This document shows, piece by piece, positions 32,610 to 41,743 of a DNA stretch of 52,610 nt (the first letter of the stretch is position 1; each line of letters begins with the position of its first letter). The notes beneath the pieces are model-generated. The model ran no database searches. It worked only from the letters and a program-made list of their open reading frames with translations, and was not told the origin of the DNA. The translations under genes and the position numbers were made by a program. This DNA is from Egibacteraceae bacterium (lineage in GTDB: Bacteria > Actinomycetota > Nitriliruptoria > Euzebyales > Egibacteraceae). The DNA is taken from assembly GCA_035513815.1 (NCBI GenBank), contig DATKBU010000104.1:1-52610 (forward strand), given 5' to 3'.

Positions 32610-33853
32610 ACTACAAGACGGCGCCGGTCGGCCTGCTTGATCGGGTCGCCGTGCCCCCCGAGCGCCTTTCCAAGGCGCTCGCATCGCTGCTCGCGCGCGA
32701 CCACATCCGCGAGGCCGTGGTGCTGTCGACGTGCAACCGCGTGGAGGTGTACGCGCACGTCACGCGCTACCACGGGGGCATGGCGGACCTACGCAACTTC
32801 TTCGGCGAATGGGGGGGGATCGCGCCGGAGGACTTCGCCGAGCTTGCCTATGACTACTTCGACGATCGCGCCGCGGCGCATCTGTTCGCGGTCGCCAGCG
32901 GCCTGGACTCGATGGTGGTCGGCGAGCGCCAGATCCAGCTGCAGGTCAAGCAGGCGTTCAACGACGCCGAGGCTGAGGGCTCTTCCGGCCGCGTGCTGCA
33001 GTCGCTGTTCCGCCGTGCGCTGCGCGCGGCCAGGCGCACGCGCGCCGAGACGCGCATCTCCGATGGCGCGGCGTCCATGGTCGATGTCGGTCTGGAGGCA
33101 GCGGCTCGCGTGCTCGGCGATCTTCAGGGGCGCGCCGTGCTGATCGTCGGCGCGGGAAAGATGGGCGCGATGGCGGCCGTCCGGCTGCGCGCCTCCGCCG
33201 CCAGGCTCCTCGTCGCCAATCGCACCCCCGAGCGCGGCGAGCAGCTCGCTGCCCGGGTCGATGCGGATCTGCTGAGCTTCTCGGAGCTGTCTGAGGGCCT
33301 GGCTCAGGCTGACCTGGTGCTCAGCTCCACCGGCGCCCCGGAGCCGGTCATCTCCCAGGAGGCGGTCTCCTTGGCGATGGCGTCTCGCCCTGACCGCCCG
33401 CTGGTCCTGCTGGATCTCGCGGTTCCCCGCGATGTGGATCCCGGATGCTCGGCCGTGCCGGGCGTGACCGTCCTCGACATCGATGCGGTCAGGGCGCTGA
33501 CCGACACCGGCGAGACCGGCGCCGAAGTGGGCAAGGCTCGCGCAGTGGTCGAGGAGGAGGCCCGCGCCTTCGCTGCCTGGACTCGCAGCGTGCGGGTCGA
33601 GCCGACCATCGCGGCGCTGCGCGCGCGGGCCGAGGATGTCCGAGCGGCGGAGATCAAGCGCCTCGCCTCTCGCCTCGACAGCCTCGATGCGCGCCAGCGG
33701 GCCGCGGTCGAGGCGCTGACCAAGGGCATCGTCAACACGCTCCTGCATGATCCGACCGTGCGGCTGAAGTCCATCGCGGACGCCAAGGACGGAGTCGGGG
33801 GCGGCGATCTCTACGCCGGAGCTCTGCGCGAGCTGTTCGACCTTCCCGAGTAG
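32585..33853 (+). CDS. hemA: Glutamyl-tRNA reductase
   Basis: VLVLGLNYKTAPV, STCNRVEVY, GLDSMVVGERQI, GAGKMG. Confidence 0.92.
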   Translation: MSVLVLGLNYKTAPVGLLDRVAVPPERLSKALASLLARDHIREAVVLSTCNRVEVYAHVTRYHGGMADLRNFFGEWGGIAPEDFAELAYDYFDDRAAAHLFAVASGLDSMVVGERQIQLQVKQAFNDAEAEGSSGRVLQSLFRRALRAARRTRAETRISDGAASMVDVGLEAAARVLGDLQGRAVLIVGAGKMGAMAAVRLRASAARLLVANRTPERGEQLAARVDADLLSFSELSEGLAQADLVLSSTGAPEPVISQEAVSLAMASRPDRPLVLLDLAVPRDVDPGCSAVPGVTVLDIDAVRALTDTGETGAEVGKARAVVEEEARAFAAWTRSVRVEPTIAALRARAEDVRAAEIKRLASRLDSLDARQRAAVEALTKGIVNTLLHDPTVRLKSIADAKDGVGGGDLYAGALRELFDLPE

Positions 33854-33886
33854 CGCGATGCCCCCTCATCGGGCCGGTTAGCCGCG

Positions 33887-34861
33887 ATGCTGCGCATTGC
33901 GACCCGCCGCTCACCGCTGGCCCGCGCCCAGGCCTTCCAGACCGGGCAGCTCATATCGGCGCGCACGGGCGAGCCGTTCGAGCTGGTTGCGATGGCCGCG
34001 ACCGGGGATCTTGACCCGGACCGGGTCGTGGAGGCCTTCGAGAGCAAGGGCCTGTTCGTCGACACGATCCGCCAGGCCGTTGCGGACGGTGACTGCGATC
34101 TTGCGGTGCACTCGTACAAGGATCTGCCCACCGACCCCCATCCCGGGCTGGTGATCGGCGCGGTGCCGCCGCGGGAGGATCCGCGCGACGTGCTGATCAG
34201 CCGCGACGGTCACGCGCTGGCCACGCTGCCCCCTGCCGCCACGGTGGGGACGTCCTCGGCGCGGCGGCGCCTGCAGCTGCTGCGCGCCAAGCCGAGCCTT
34301 GAGGTCGTAGCGCTTCGCGGCAACCTCGGCACGCGTCTGCGCGCAGTCGCCGAGCGCCGCCTCGATGCGGCGGTTGTCGCAGCTGCGGGCCTGCGCAGGC
34401 TCTACACGGCGACCGAGGACGGGGGCGCCGGGCCGCTTGGCTTGGCCGTGACTGGCGCGCCCCTGGAGCCGGGCGAGTGCCTGCCCGCTCCGGCGCAGGG
34501 CGCGCTGGCGATCGAGCGCAGAGCCGACGACCCGCGCGCCGAGGCGGTGTGCGCCGCGATCGATGACCGCGTCAGCCATGTGCAGGTGCGGGCCGAGCGG
34601 GCGTTCCTCGCTGCGGTTGGGGGCGGGTGCCTCGCGCCCGTGGGCGCACTGTGCCATGCCGTGCCCGGCGGCCTTGAGCTTCTCGGGATGATCGCCGATC
34701 CGGTCGAGCGCCGCGTGCTGCGCGTATCGCTCGTCGGCGCGGCCGACGACCCGGAGGCGCTGGGCGCGGCGCTTGCCGAGGCCGCGCTCGCCGAGGGCGG
34801 CGATGCGATGGTTCGCGTGATCGAGCAGCTGCGGGCCTCCACCGGGAGCGCGGGCGCATGA
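33887..34861 (+). CDS. hemC: Hydroxymethylbilane synthase (porphobilinogen deaminase)
   Basis: LRIATRRSPLARAQA, AVHSYKDLPT, GTSSARR, LRGNLGTRL, and the cofactor Cys in GGGCLAPVGA. Confidence 0.92.
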   Translation: MLRIATRRSPLARAQAFQTGQLISARTGEPFELVAMAATGDLDPDRVVEAFESKGLFVDTIRQAVADGDCDLAVHSYKDLPTDPHPGLVIGAVPPREDPRDVLISRDGHALATLPPAATVGTSSARRRLQLLRAKPSLEVVALRGNLGTRLRAVAERRLDAAVVAAAGLRRLYTATEDGGAGPLGLAVTGAPLEPGECLPAPAQGALAIERRADDPRAEAVCAAIDDRVSHVQVRAERAFLAAVGGGCLAPVGALCHAVPGGLELLGMIADPVERRVLRVSLVGAADDPEALGAALAEAALAEGGDAMVRVIEQLRASTGSAGA

Positions 34862-34949
34862 CCGCCCCAGCTCAGGGACTTGAACATTGGGCGACGCATG
34901 TGTCGGCAACTGTTCAAGACCGCTGTTCGTTGGCGGGGAGGGCGAGCAG

Positions 34950-36542
34950 ATGAGTCGCCCCGTCGCGAGCTGGCCGCAGAGCCAGCAGCTCGGCGCGATC
35001 CCATTCGGCGGGCCGCCGGCGCAGCGCGGGACGGTTCACCTCGTCGGCGGCGGCCCGGGCGACCCTGGTCTGCTGAGCGTGCGGGCGGCGAGGCTGCTGT
35101 CCACGGCGACGTTTGTGGCCTACGACCGGCTGTCCCCGCCGGAGGCGCTCGCCCTGTGCGCGGGCGACTGCGAGCGGGCCTACGTCGGCAAGCTCCCCGA
35201 CCGTCACGCGCTGACCCAGGAGGCGATCAATGAGCTCCTGGTATCCAGGGCAGCCGAGGGCCACGCTGTCGTCCGGCTCAAGGGGGGAGATCCGTTCGTG
35301 CTGGGCCGGGGCTCGGAGGAGGCGCAGGCGTGCGTGCGAGCCGGAACCCCCTTTGAAGTCGTCCCTGGGGTGACCTCGGCCGTCGCAGCCCCGGCGTACG
35401 CCGGGATCCCGGTGACGCATCGCGGCCTGGCCCCGGCGTTCGCGGTCGTCACCGGACATGAGGATCCGGGCAAGGATGAGCGCCAGGTCGACTGGGTGGC
35501 GCTCGCGTCCTTCCCCGGAACGCTCGTGCTGCTCATGGGAGTCAGGCGGATCGCCGAGATCGCTCAGGCGCTCATCGCCGCCGGCAAGGCGCCCGCCACG
35601 CCGGTCGCGCTCGTGCGCTGGGGGTCGACGCCTCGACAGCAGACCCTGACAGGGACGCTCGGCGACATCGGCGAGCGCGTCGCCCAGCGACGCTTCGCCT
35701 CCCCGGCGGTCACGGTGATCGGACAGGTGGCCGAGCTGGGCGAGGAGCTGTCGTGGTTCGAGTCCCGCCCTCTGCATGGCGCGTCCGTGCTGGTGCCCCG
35801 GACCCGGCAGCAGGCCAGCGAGCTGTCCGAGCGCCTGCGCGCGCTCGGCGCCGAGGCGGTCGAGGCGCCGACCATCGCCATCGAGCCTTCCGAGCCTGCG
35901 CCCCTTCGCGCTGAGCTGGCTTCGCTGGCGGACGGGGCGTACGACTGGATCGCGCTCACCTCGGCCAACGCGGTCCATGCCGTGTGGGAGCAGATCGGGG
36001 CCCTTGGCGCCGACGCGCGGCTGCTCGCCGGAGTCCGTATCGCGGCCGTGGGGTCGGGGACGGCCGACGCGCTGAGCGCAAGAGGGCTGCGCGCAGACCT
36101 GCTTCCGGAGCAGTTCACCACGCGCGGTCTCGCCGAGGCGCTGATCGCGGCAGCCCGCGACGACGAGTTGGGCGGTCGCCGGGCGCTGCTGCCGAGGGCC
36201 GACATCGCCACCCCTGCGCTCGGCGACGCCCTGCGCGACGCCGGCTGGCACGTGAGCGATGTCGAGGCGTACCGCACGGTCCCGGCTCGGAGTCTTCCGG
36301 CGGAGGTGCGACGCCGCCTGGCCAACGGTGAGATCGACGCTGTCGCGCTTGCCTCGTCGTCCACCGCCCGCAACCTCGTCGACCTCGCCGGCGGTGTGCC
36401 CGACTCTCGCGTCAAAGTCGCGTCCATCGGCCCGGTGACCTCCCAGACGTGTCGGGATCTGGGCCTGCGCGTCGACGCCGAGGCTGAGCCCCACAACCTC
36501 GACGGGCTTGTCCAGGCTGTTCGCACAGCGCTGGGCCGCTGA
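34950..36542 (+). CDS. Bifunctional uroporphyrinogen-III C-methyltransferase / uroporphyrinogen-III synthase
   Basis: The N-half has VHLVGGGPGDPGLLS, LKGGDPFVLGRG, VPGVTSA (CobA/SUMT). The C-half is HemD-like (VLVPRTRQQASELS...IALTSANAV). The same fusion occurs in mycobacterial Rv0511-type genes. The start is either 34950 or 34887. Confidence 0.85.
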   Translation: MSRPVASWPQSQQLGAIPFGGPPAQRGTVHLVGGGPGDPGLLSVRAARLLSTATFVAYDRLSPPEALALCAGDCERAYVGKLPDRHALTQEAINELLVSRAAEGHAVVRLKGGDPFVLGRGSEEAQACVRAGTPFEVVPGVTSAVAAPAYAGIPVTHRGLAPAFAVVTGHEDPGKDERQVDWVALASFPGTLVLLMGVRRIAEIAQALIAAGKAPATPVALVRWGSTPRQQTLTGTLGDIGERVAQRRFASPAVTVIGQVAELGEELSWFESRPLHGASVLVPRTRQQASELSERLRALGAEAVEAPTIAIEPSEPAPLRAELASLADGAYDWIALTSANAVHAVWEQIGALGADARLLAGVRIAAVGSGTADALSARGLRADLLPEQFTTRGLAEALIAAARDDELGGRRALLPRADIATPALGDALRDAGWHVSDVEAYRTVPARSLPAEVRRRLANGEIDAVALASSSTARNLVDLAGGVPDSRVKVASIGPVTSQTCRDLGLRVDAEAEPHNLDGLVQAVRTALGR

Positions 36543-36611
36543 CTGGCCTCACGCCGACCCCAGGCCCGCGGAGTGCCCAGGGGCGCCGAGCAGGCGTATC
36601 CTCGCTCTGCG

Positions 36612-37622
36612 ATGGAGTTTCGACAGGTTGCCCCATTCCCCGTCTCGCGGCCGCGACGGCTGCGGCGGACAGCCGCGCTGCGGTCGGCGGTGCGCGAGAC
36701 CTCGCTGGATGTCAGCGGACTCGTCGCGCCGCTGTTCGTGAAGGAGGGACTCAGCGAGCCGAGCCCGGTCGCGTCGCTGCCGGGTGTCGTGCAGCACACG
36801 CTGGACAGCCTGCGAGCGGAGGCCAAAGAGCTGCGGGCTGCGGGGGTGACGAGCCTGCTGCTGTTCGGCATTCCAGCGAGCAAGGACGCTGTGGGCAGCC
36901 AGGCGTGGCATCGCGACGGGATCATCCAGCGGGCGCTGACGGCGCTGCGCGAGGACCACGGGGACGAGATGGTCCTGATGGCGGACACCTGCCTGGACGA
37001 GTTCACCGATCACGGCCATTGCGGGCCTCTGGGGCCCGACGGGTCGGTGGACAACGACGCGGCCAACGAGCTGTACGCCAAGGCGGCGCTGGCCCAGGCG
37101 GGCGCCGGCGCGGATCTGGTCGCCCCGTCGGGGATGATGGACGGGCAGGTCGCGGCGATTCGCTCGGCGCTGGATGACGCGGGCTTCGCCGAGCGCACAG
37201 GGATCATGGCCTACTGCGCGAAGTACGCCAGCGCGTTCTATGGCCCCTTCCGCGATGCCGCCGAGTCGGCGCCGCGCAGCGGCGATCGCCGCGGCTACCA
37301 GATGGATCCCGGCAACGCGGCGGAGGGCATCCGAGAGGCGCTCGCCGATGTCGCTGAGGGCGCGGACATCCTCCTGGTGAAACCGGCGACGTCCTATCTC
37401 GACATCGTCTGGCGGGTCAAGCAGGCGACCGGGATGCCACTCGCCGCCTACCACGTGTCCGGTGAGTACGCGATGGTGCACGCCGCCGCAGCGAACGGCT
37501 GGATCGACGGCGATGCGGCGATGGAGGAATCATTGGTATCGATCCGCCGTGCGGGAGCGGATCTGATCATCACCTACGCGGCCAAATGGTTTGCCCGGAA
37601 AGTCGCGTCTACCCGGGCTTGA
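36612..37622 (+). CDS. hemB: Porphobilinogen synthase (delta-aminolevulinate dehydratase)
   Basis: RPRRLRRT, DTCLDEFTDHGHCG, MVAPSGMMDG-like segment, Schiff-base Lys in LLVKPA, YHVSGEYAM. Confidence 0.92.
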   Translation: MEFRQVAPFPVSRPRRLRRTAALRSAVRETSLDVSGLVAPLFVKEGLSEPSPVASLPGVVQHTLDSLRAEAKELRAAGVTSLLLFGIPASKDAVGSQAWHRDGIIQRALTALREDHGDEMVLMADTCLDEFTDHGHCGPLGPDGSVDNDAANELYAKAALAQAGAGADLVAPSGMMDGQVAAIRSALDDAGFAERTGIMAYCAKYASAFYGPFRDAAESAPRSGDRRGYQMDPGNAAEGIREALADVAEGADILLVKPATSYLDIVWRVKQATGMPLAAYHVSGEYAMVHAAAANGWIDGDAAMEESLVSIRRAGADLIITYAAKWFARKVASTRA

Positions 37623-37695
37623 CGGCTGCCGTTTCTTCGCGCTTTCCAAGAACTCGGGCTTCAGAATCGCCCACTTGTTCCGACGTTACAGAGCA

Positions 37696-40449
37696 ATGGT
37701 TGCGAACGCGTGGAAGCAGGTCCTCGGCGGCGGGGCGGCTCTGGCCGCGCTGTTCGTCGTCGTGCCTGCGGCATCAGGCGGACGGCTCGGCTGGGGCCTG
37801 ATCTTCCTGGCCGCCGCCGCGCTGTCCTATCACGGATGGGTGGCCAACGGCGCTCAGCCTCCGACCGACTGGTACATCTGGATGGCGGCGCTGACGTCTT
37901 GGGGTCTGGGCGACCTGGTGACCGCCCTGGGCGAGGGCAGCACGCCAGCGTGGGTTCCCGTCGCGTTCTTCGCCCTGGGGTATCTGTTGTTCGCCCTCGG
38001 GATCATCTGGTTCCAGCAGACGCGCGTGGTAGGAGTGGACCGCGACTGGATGATCGACGCGACGATCGTGTCAACGGCCGTGGGCGTCGTGCTGTGGACA
38101 ACGCTGGATATCACCAGCCTCGCCGCCTCCACGCTCACCCCGGTCGAGCAGTCGATGTACGCGCTCGCCGCCCTGGTGCACACTTCGTTCCTGGCGTTCT
38201 CCGTCCGTCTGCTCATCCTCACGCGCGGCCGGCTGATCAAGAACTGGCTCGGCGGATCGGCTGCGCTGCTGGGCACGGCGGGGTCGATGGCGCACTTCGT
38301 GCTGCGGGTGCAGGGAAGCGACCCTTCGCCGGCTGGCGTGCTGGCCCTGTGGGCGCTCGCAGCCGTGGTCTTCTGCTCGATGCCGAACGAGGTCACGCAC
38401 GGCAAGTACAAGCGTGAGGGGCTGACCGACCAGGGCCGTCCGTTCGCCCGATTCGCGGTCCTGGCCTCCGCCATGATGGGGGGCACGCTCGCTATCGTCC
38501 TCCAGGACGGGATCAACGGCCAGCGGACCATCCCCGTCGGCGGATCGCTGCTCCTGACGTTCCTGGTGCTCGGCCGCCTTCTCGGCCTGGTCATGGCCCG
38601 CGAGCGCGGGAAGCGCGAGCTGGAGGCGCGCGCCGCCCAGCAGGGCATGGTCGCCGACCTGGGGCAGCAGTCGCTGAGCAAAGCTGACCTGCCGACGCTG
38701 CTGGGACAGACCGTGCAGGGGATCGCCGCCACGCTGCGGGTCGACCACTGCGGCGTGCTCGAGCTGCTTCCGGGAGGAGCTGTCCTCCTGCTGCGCGAGG
38801 CGTTCGGCTGGCCTGACGACGCCGTCGGCTCCGCGGTCATCTCGGCCGATGATCGGCGGCTGTCGTTCACCGCCGTGGAGACGGGGCAGACCGTGGTCGT
38901 CGCCGACATGGCGACGGATGATCGCCTTGACTCGCCGGAGCTCGTCGGCGGGCTTGCCGCCACGTCAGTGGTGTTCACCCCGATCGGCGGCAGCGAGGCC
39001 CCCTACGGCGTGCTGATCGTCGCGTGCGACGAGCAGCGCAATTTCACCGACCAGGAGATCAAGTTCCTCCAGGCCGCGGCGAACGTCCTGGCGGTGGCGA
39101 TCGAGCGGCGGGCCCGCGAGGACGAGATCCGCCACCGGGCGCTGCACGATCCGCTGACCGGCCTGCCGAATCGCGCGCTCATGATCGACCGGCTGACCCA
39201 TGCGCTCGCGGTCCGCACGCGCCGTGCCGGAGAGCTGGCCGTGCTGTTCATCGACTTGGACCATTTCAAGGACGTCAACGATCGGCTGGGTCACGCAGCC
39301 GGTGACGAGCTGCTGCTCGGCGTCACCAAGCGGCTGCAGGAGACCGCCCGATCCGAGGACACCATCTCGCGGTTCGCAGGCGATGAGTTCGTCATCGTGT
39401 GCGAGCGCCTGGAGGGCGAGCACGACGTCATCGGAATCGCCGAACGGATCATCTCGGCAGTCGGGCGGCCGTTCATGATCCAGGGTCAGCAGGCCAACGT
39501 GAGCGCCAGCGTGGGCATCGCGCTGGCGACCGATGAGCACGACAGCGAGCGCCTGCTGCGCGACGCCGACGCTGCGATGTACCGCGCCAAGGAGCGGGGG
39601 CGCGCCTGCTTCGAGGTGTTCGACGAGGTCATGGGCGCACGCGTGATGCGCCGTCTGCGCATGGAGCAGGACCTGTACGGGGCGCCGGAGCGCAAGGAGC
39701 TGAAGGTCGTCTACCAGCCCATCATCGCGCTGGAGCGCGAGGAGATCGTCGGTGTCGAGGCGCTGCTGCGCTGGAACCACCCCCGCGACGGCTGGGTGTC
39801 GCCAGGCGACTTCATCCCCATCGCCGAGGAGAGCGGGCTGATCCTCATCCTCGGCGAGTGGGTCCTGCACCAGTCGTGCCGCCAGCTCGCGCGCTGGTCC
39901 CGCGAGTTCCCTGACGTGCGGCCCTTCCGGGTGTTCGTGAACCTGTCGGCGCGCCAGCTGATGGATCCGAATCTGATCGAGATGGTGCTGCGCTCCCTGG
40001 AGGAGACCGGGGCGGACCCGACGTGCCTGGGCCTGGAGATCACCGAGAGCGCCGCCATGGAGGACGCGGAGACCGCGAGCCGCAATCTTCAAGCGCTCAA
40101 GGACTTGGGTATCCACCTGGCGATGGACGACTTCGGCACCGGGTACTCGTCGCTGGCCCATCTGAAGCGCTTCCCGGTGGATGTCGTCAAGATCGACGCG
40201 AGCTTCATCGACGGGCTCGGCGCCGGCGCCGAGGACGAAGCGATCGTGTCCGCGATCGTGGGCATGGCCCGCGCGCTGGACCGCGCGGTGCTGGCCGAAG
40301 GCGTAGAGACCCAGCAGCAGGCCGCCGCCGTGCGCGAGCTCGGATGCGATTTCGCGCAGGGCTACCTCTTCGCTCGCCCCATCCCGCCCGTTCAGATCGA
40401 CGAGATGCTCGCGGCCGGCAGCTTGCTTCAGCGCCCTCAGATGGCGTAG
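37696..40449 (+). CDS. Multi-TM sensor - GAF - GGDEF - EAL protein (c-di-GMP turnover)
   Basis: About 9-10 N-terminal TM helices and a GAF-like segment (LRVDHCGVLELLPGG...). The GGDEF domain has HDPLTGLPNR and an active-site RFAGDEF. The EAL domain has YQPII, VEALLRW, DDFGTGYSSL, KIDASFI, EGVETQQQ, QGYLFARP. Confidence 0.85.
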   Translation: MVANAWKQVLGGGAALAALFVVVPAASGGRLGWGLIFLAAAALSYHGWVANGAQPPTDWYIWMAALTSWGLGDLVTALGEGSTPAWVPVAFFALGYLLFALGIIWFQQTRVVGVDRDWMIDATIVSTAVGVVLWTTLDITSLAASTLTPVEQSMYALAALVHTSFLAFSVRLLILTRGRLIKNWLGGSAALLGTAGSMAHFVLRVQGSDPSPAGVLALWALAAVVFCSMPNEVTHGKYKREGLTDQGRPFARFAVLASAMMGGTLAIVLQDGINGQRTIPVGGSLLLTFLVLGRLLGLVMARERGKRELEARAAQQGMVADLGQQSLSKADLPTLLGQTVQGIAATLRVDHCGVLELLPGGAVLLLREAFGWPDDAVGSAVISADDRRLSFTAVETGQTVVVADMATDDRLDSPELVGGLAATSVVFTPIGGSEAPYGVLIVACDEQRNFTDQEIKFLQAAANVLAVAIERRAREDEIRHRALHDPLTGLPNRALMIDRLTHALAVRTRRAGELAVLFIDLDHFKDVNDRLGHAAGDELLLGVTKRLQETARSEDTISRFAGDEFVIVCERLEGEHDVIGIAERIISAVGRPFMIQGQQANVSASVGIALATDEHDSERLLRDADAAMYRAKERGRACFEVFDEVMGARVMRRLRMEQDLYGAPERKELKVVYQPIIALEREEIVGVEALLRWNHPRDGWVSPGDFIPIAEESGLILILGEWVLHQSCRQLARWSREFPDVRPFRVFVNLSARQLMDPNLIEMVLRSLEETGADPTCLGLEITESAAMEDAETASRNLQALKDLGIHLAMDDFGTGYSSLAHLKRFPVDVVKIDASFIDGLGAGAEDEAIVSAIVGMARALDRAVLAEGVETQQQAAAVRELGCDFAQGYLFARPIPPVQIDEMLAAGSLLQRPQMA

Positions 40450-40598
40450 GCGCGGTCAGGTCGACGCGCGGCCGCCTCGCGTGGCCGGGCCCGGGATTCT
40501 GATGCAGCGCCGCGGCGCGCGCGAGAGGGTTCCACTCCGTGGCTACACTCGCCGGACGGCGGCATTCGCCGCGATAGCCGACGCGAGGAGCAGCACCG

Positions 40599-41606
40599 AT
40601 GCGCTACCGGGAGCTTGCGCCCGGGATCGAAGTCAGTGAGATCGGCTTCGGGAACTGGACCGTCACCACCGGCTGGTGGGGCGCCTACACCGAGAAAGAG
40701 TCCGCGGACCTGCACCGAGCAGCGTTTGACGCCGGGATCACGTTCTTCGACACCGCGGACGCCTATGCGGAGGGCCGCGCGGAGGAGATCCTCGGCGCTG
40801 CGCTGTCCGGCGTGCGCGATCGAGTCGTCATCGCCACCAAGTTCGGCTACGACATCTCTGATGCGTCGACGGCGCAGCGCCGCGGTCAGCAGGAGCGGCG
40901 CAAGGACTTCTCGGTGGACATCGTCCGCAGGGCCCTCGACGACAGCCTCCGCCGCCTCGGCACCGAGCCGATCGATCTGTACCAGCTCCACAACCCGAGG
41001 ATGGGCCATCTGGACGACGACGAGCTGTTCGCGTTCCTCGACGCCGCCGTTGTCGCGGGCAAGATCCGCGCCTACGGCGTGGCGCTCGGCCCCAAGATCG
41101 GCTGGCTGGACGAGGGCGTCCATTCGATGCGCACGCGCAGCGTCGCCAGCGTTCAGATGATCTACAACCTGCTCGAGCAGGACCCGGGCCGCGAGCTGCT
41201 CGAGGCGGCCGGCGAGACCGGCGCCAGGATGATCGTCCGGGTCCCGCACTCTTCGGGCATGCTCGAGGGAAACCTCACGGCGGACACCGTGTTCGCCGAG
41301 AACGACCATCGTCGCCATCGCCCACGCAGCTGGCTGATCGAGGGAGTGCAGAAGATCGCGGCCCTGGGCTTCCTCAGTGAGGACATGACGTTGGGGCAGG
41401 CGGCGCTGCGCTGGATCCTGGCGGATGCGCGCGTCGCCTCGACGCTGCCGAACATCTACGGCCCCGAGCAGATTTCCGAGTTCGCCGCCGCCAGCGACCG
41501 CCGCGACCTCACGGCCGACGAGCTGGCGCGCGTCGCCGAGCTGTATGAGCGGAACTTCGGTGTCGAGGCGTCGGATGACGACACCCGCCTGAACCAGTCG
41601 GCCTGA
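40599..41606 (+). CDS. Aldo/keto reductase
   Basis: FFDTADAYAEGRAEEILG, IATKFGY, IDLYQLHNP, IVRVPHSSGML. Confidence 0.85.
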   Translation: MRYRELAPGIEVSEIGFGNWTVTTGWWGAYTEKESADLHRAAFDAGITFFDTADAYAEGRAEEILGAALSGVRDRVVIATKFGYDISDASTAQRRGQQERRKDFSVDIVRRALDDSLRRLGTEPIDLYQLHNPRMGHLDDDELFAFLDAAVVAGKIRAYGVALGPKIGWLDEGVHSMRTRSVASVQMIYNLLEQDPGRELLEAAGETGARMIVRVPHSSGMLEGNLTADTVFAENDHRRHRPRSWLIEGVQKIAALGFLSEDMTLGQAALRWILADARVASTLPNIYGPEQISEFAAASDRRDLTADELARVAELYERNFGVEASDDDTRLNQSA

Positions 41607-41684
41607 GGCGATGACTGGCGCCGCTGAACGGTGGCGGCCCCGGCGTCTGGGTGACGCCATCGGCCGTGTCCTGAAAGCACGACT

Positions 41685-41722
41685 GGGTGCATTCGACTTC
41701 ACCGGTGGAGCAGAATGCACCC
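41685..41722. promoter_or_regulatory. 38-bp near-perfect palindrome upstream of hemL
   Basis: GGGTGCATTC-GACTT-CACC|GGTG-GAGCA-GAATGCACCC. The outer 10-bp arms are perfect and the centre is CACCGGTG. It ends 22 nt before the hemL ATG. Confidence 0.45.
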
Positions 41723-41743
41723 GCTCGGCGGGAAGCCGCTGAC

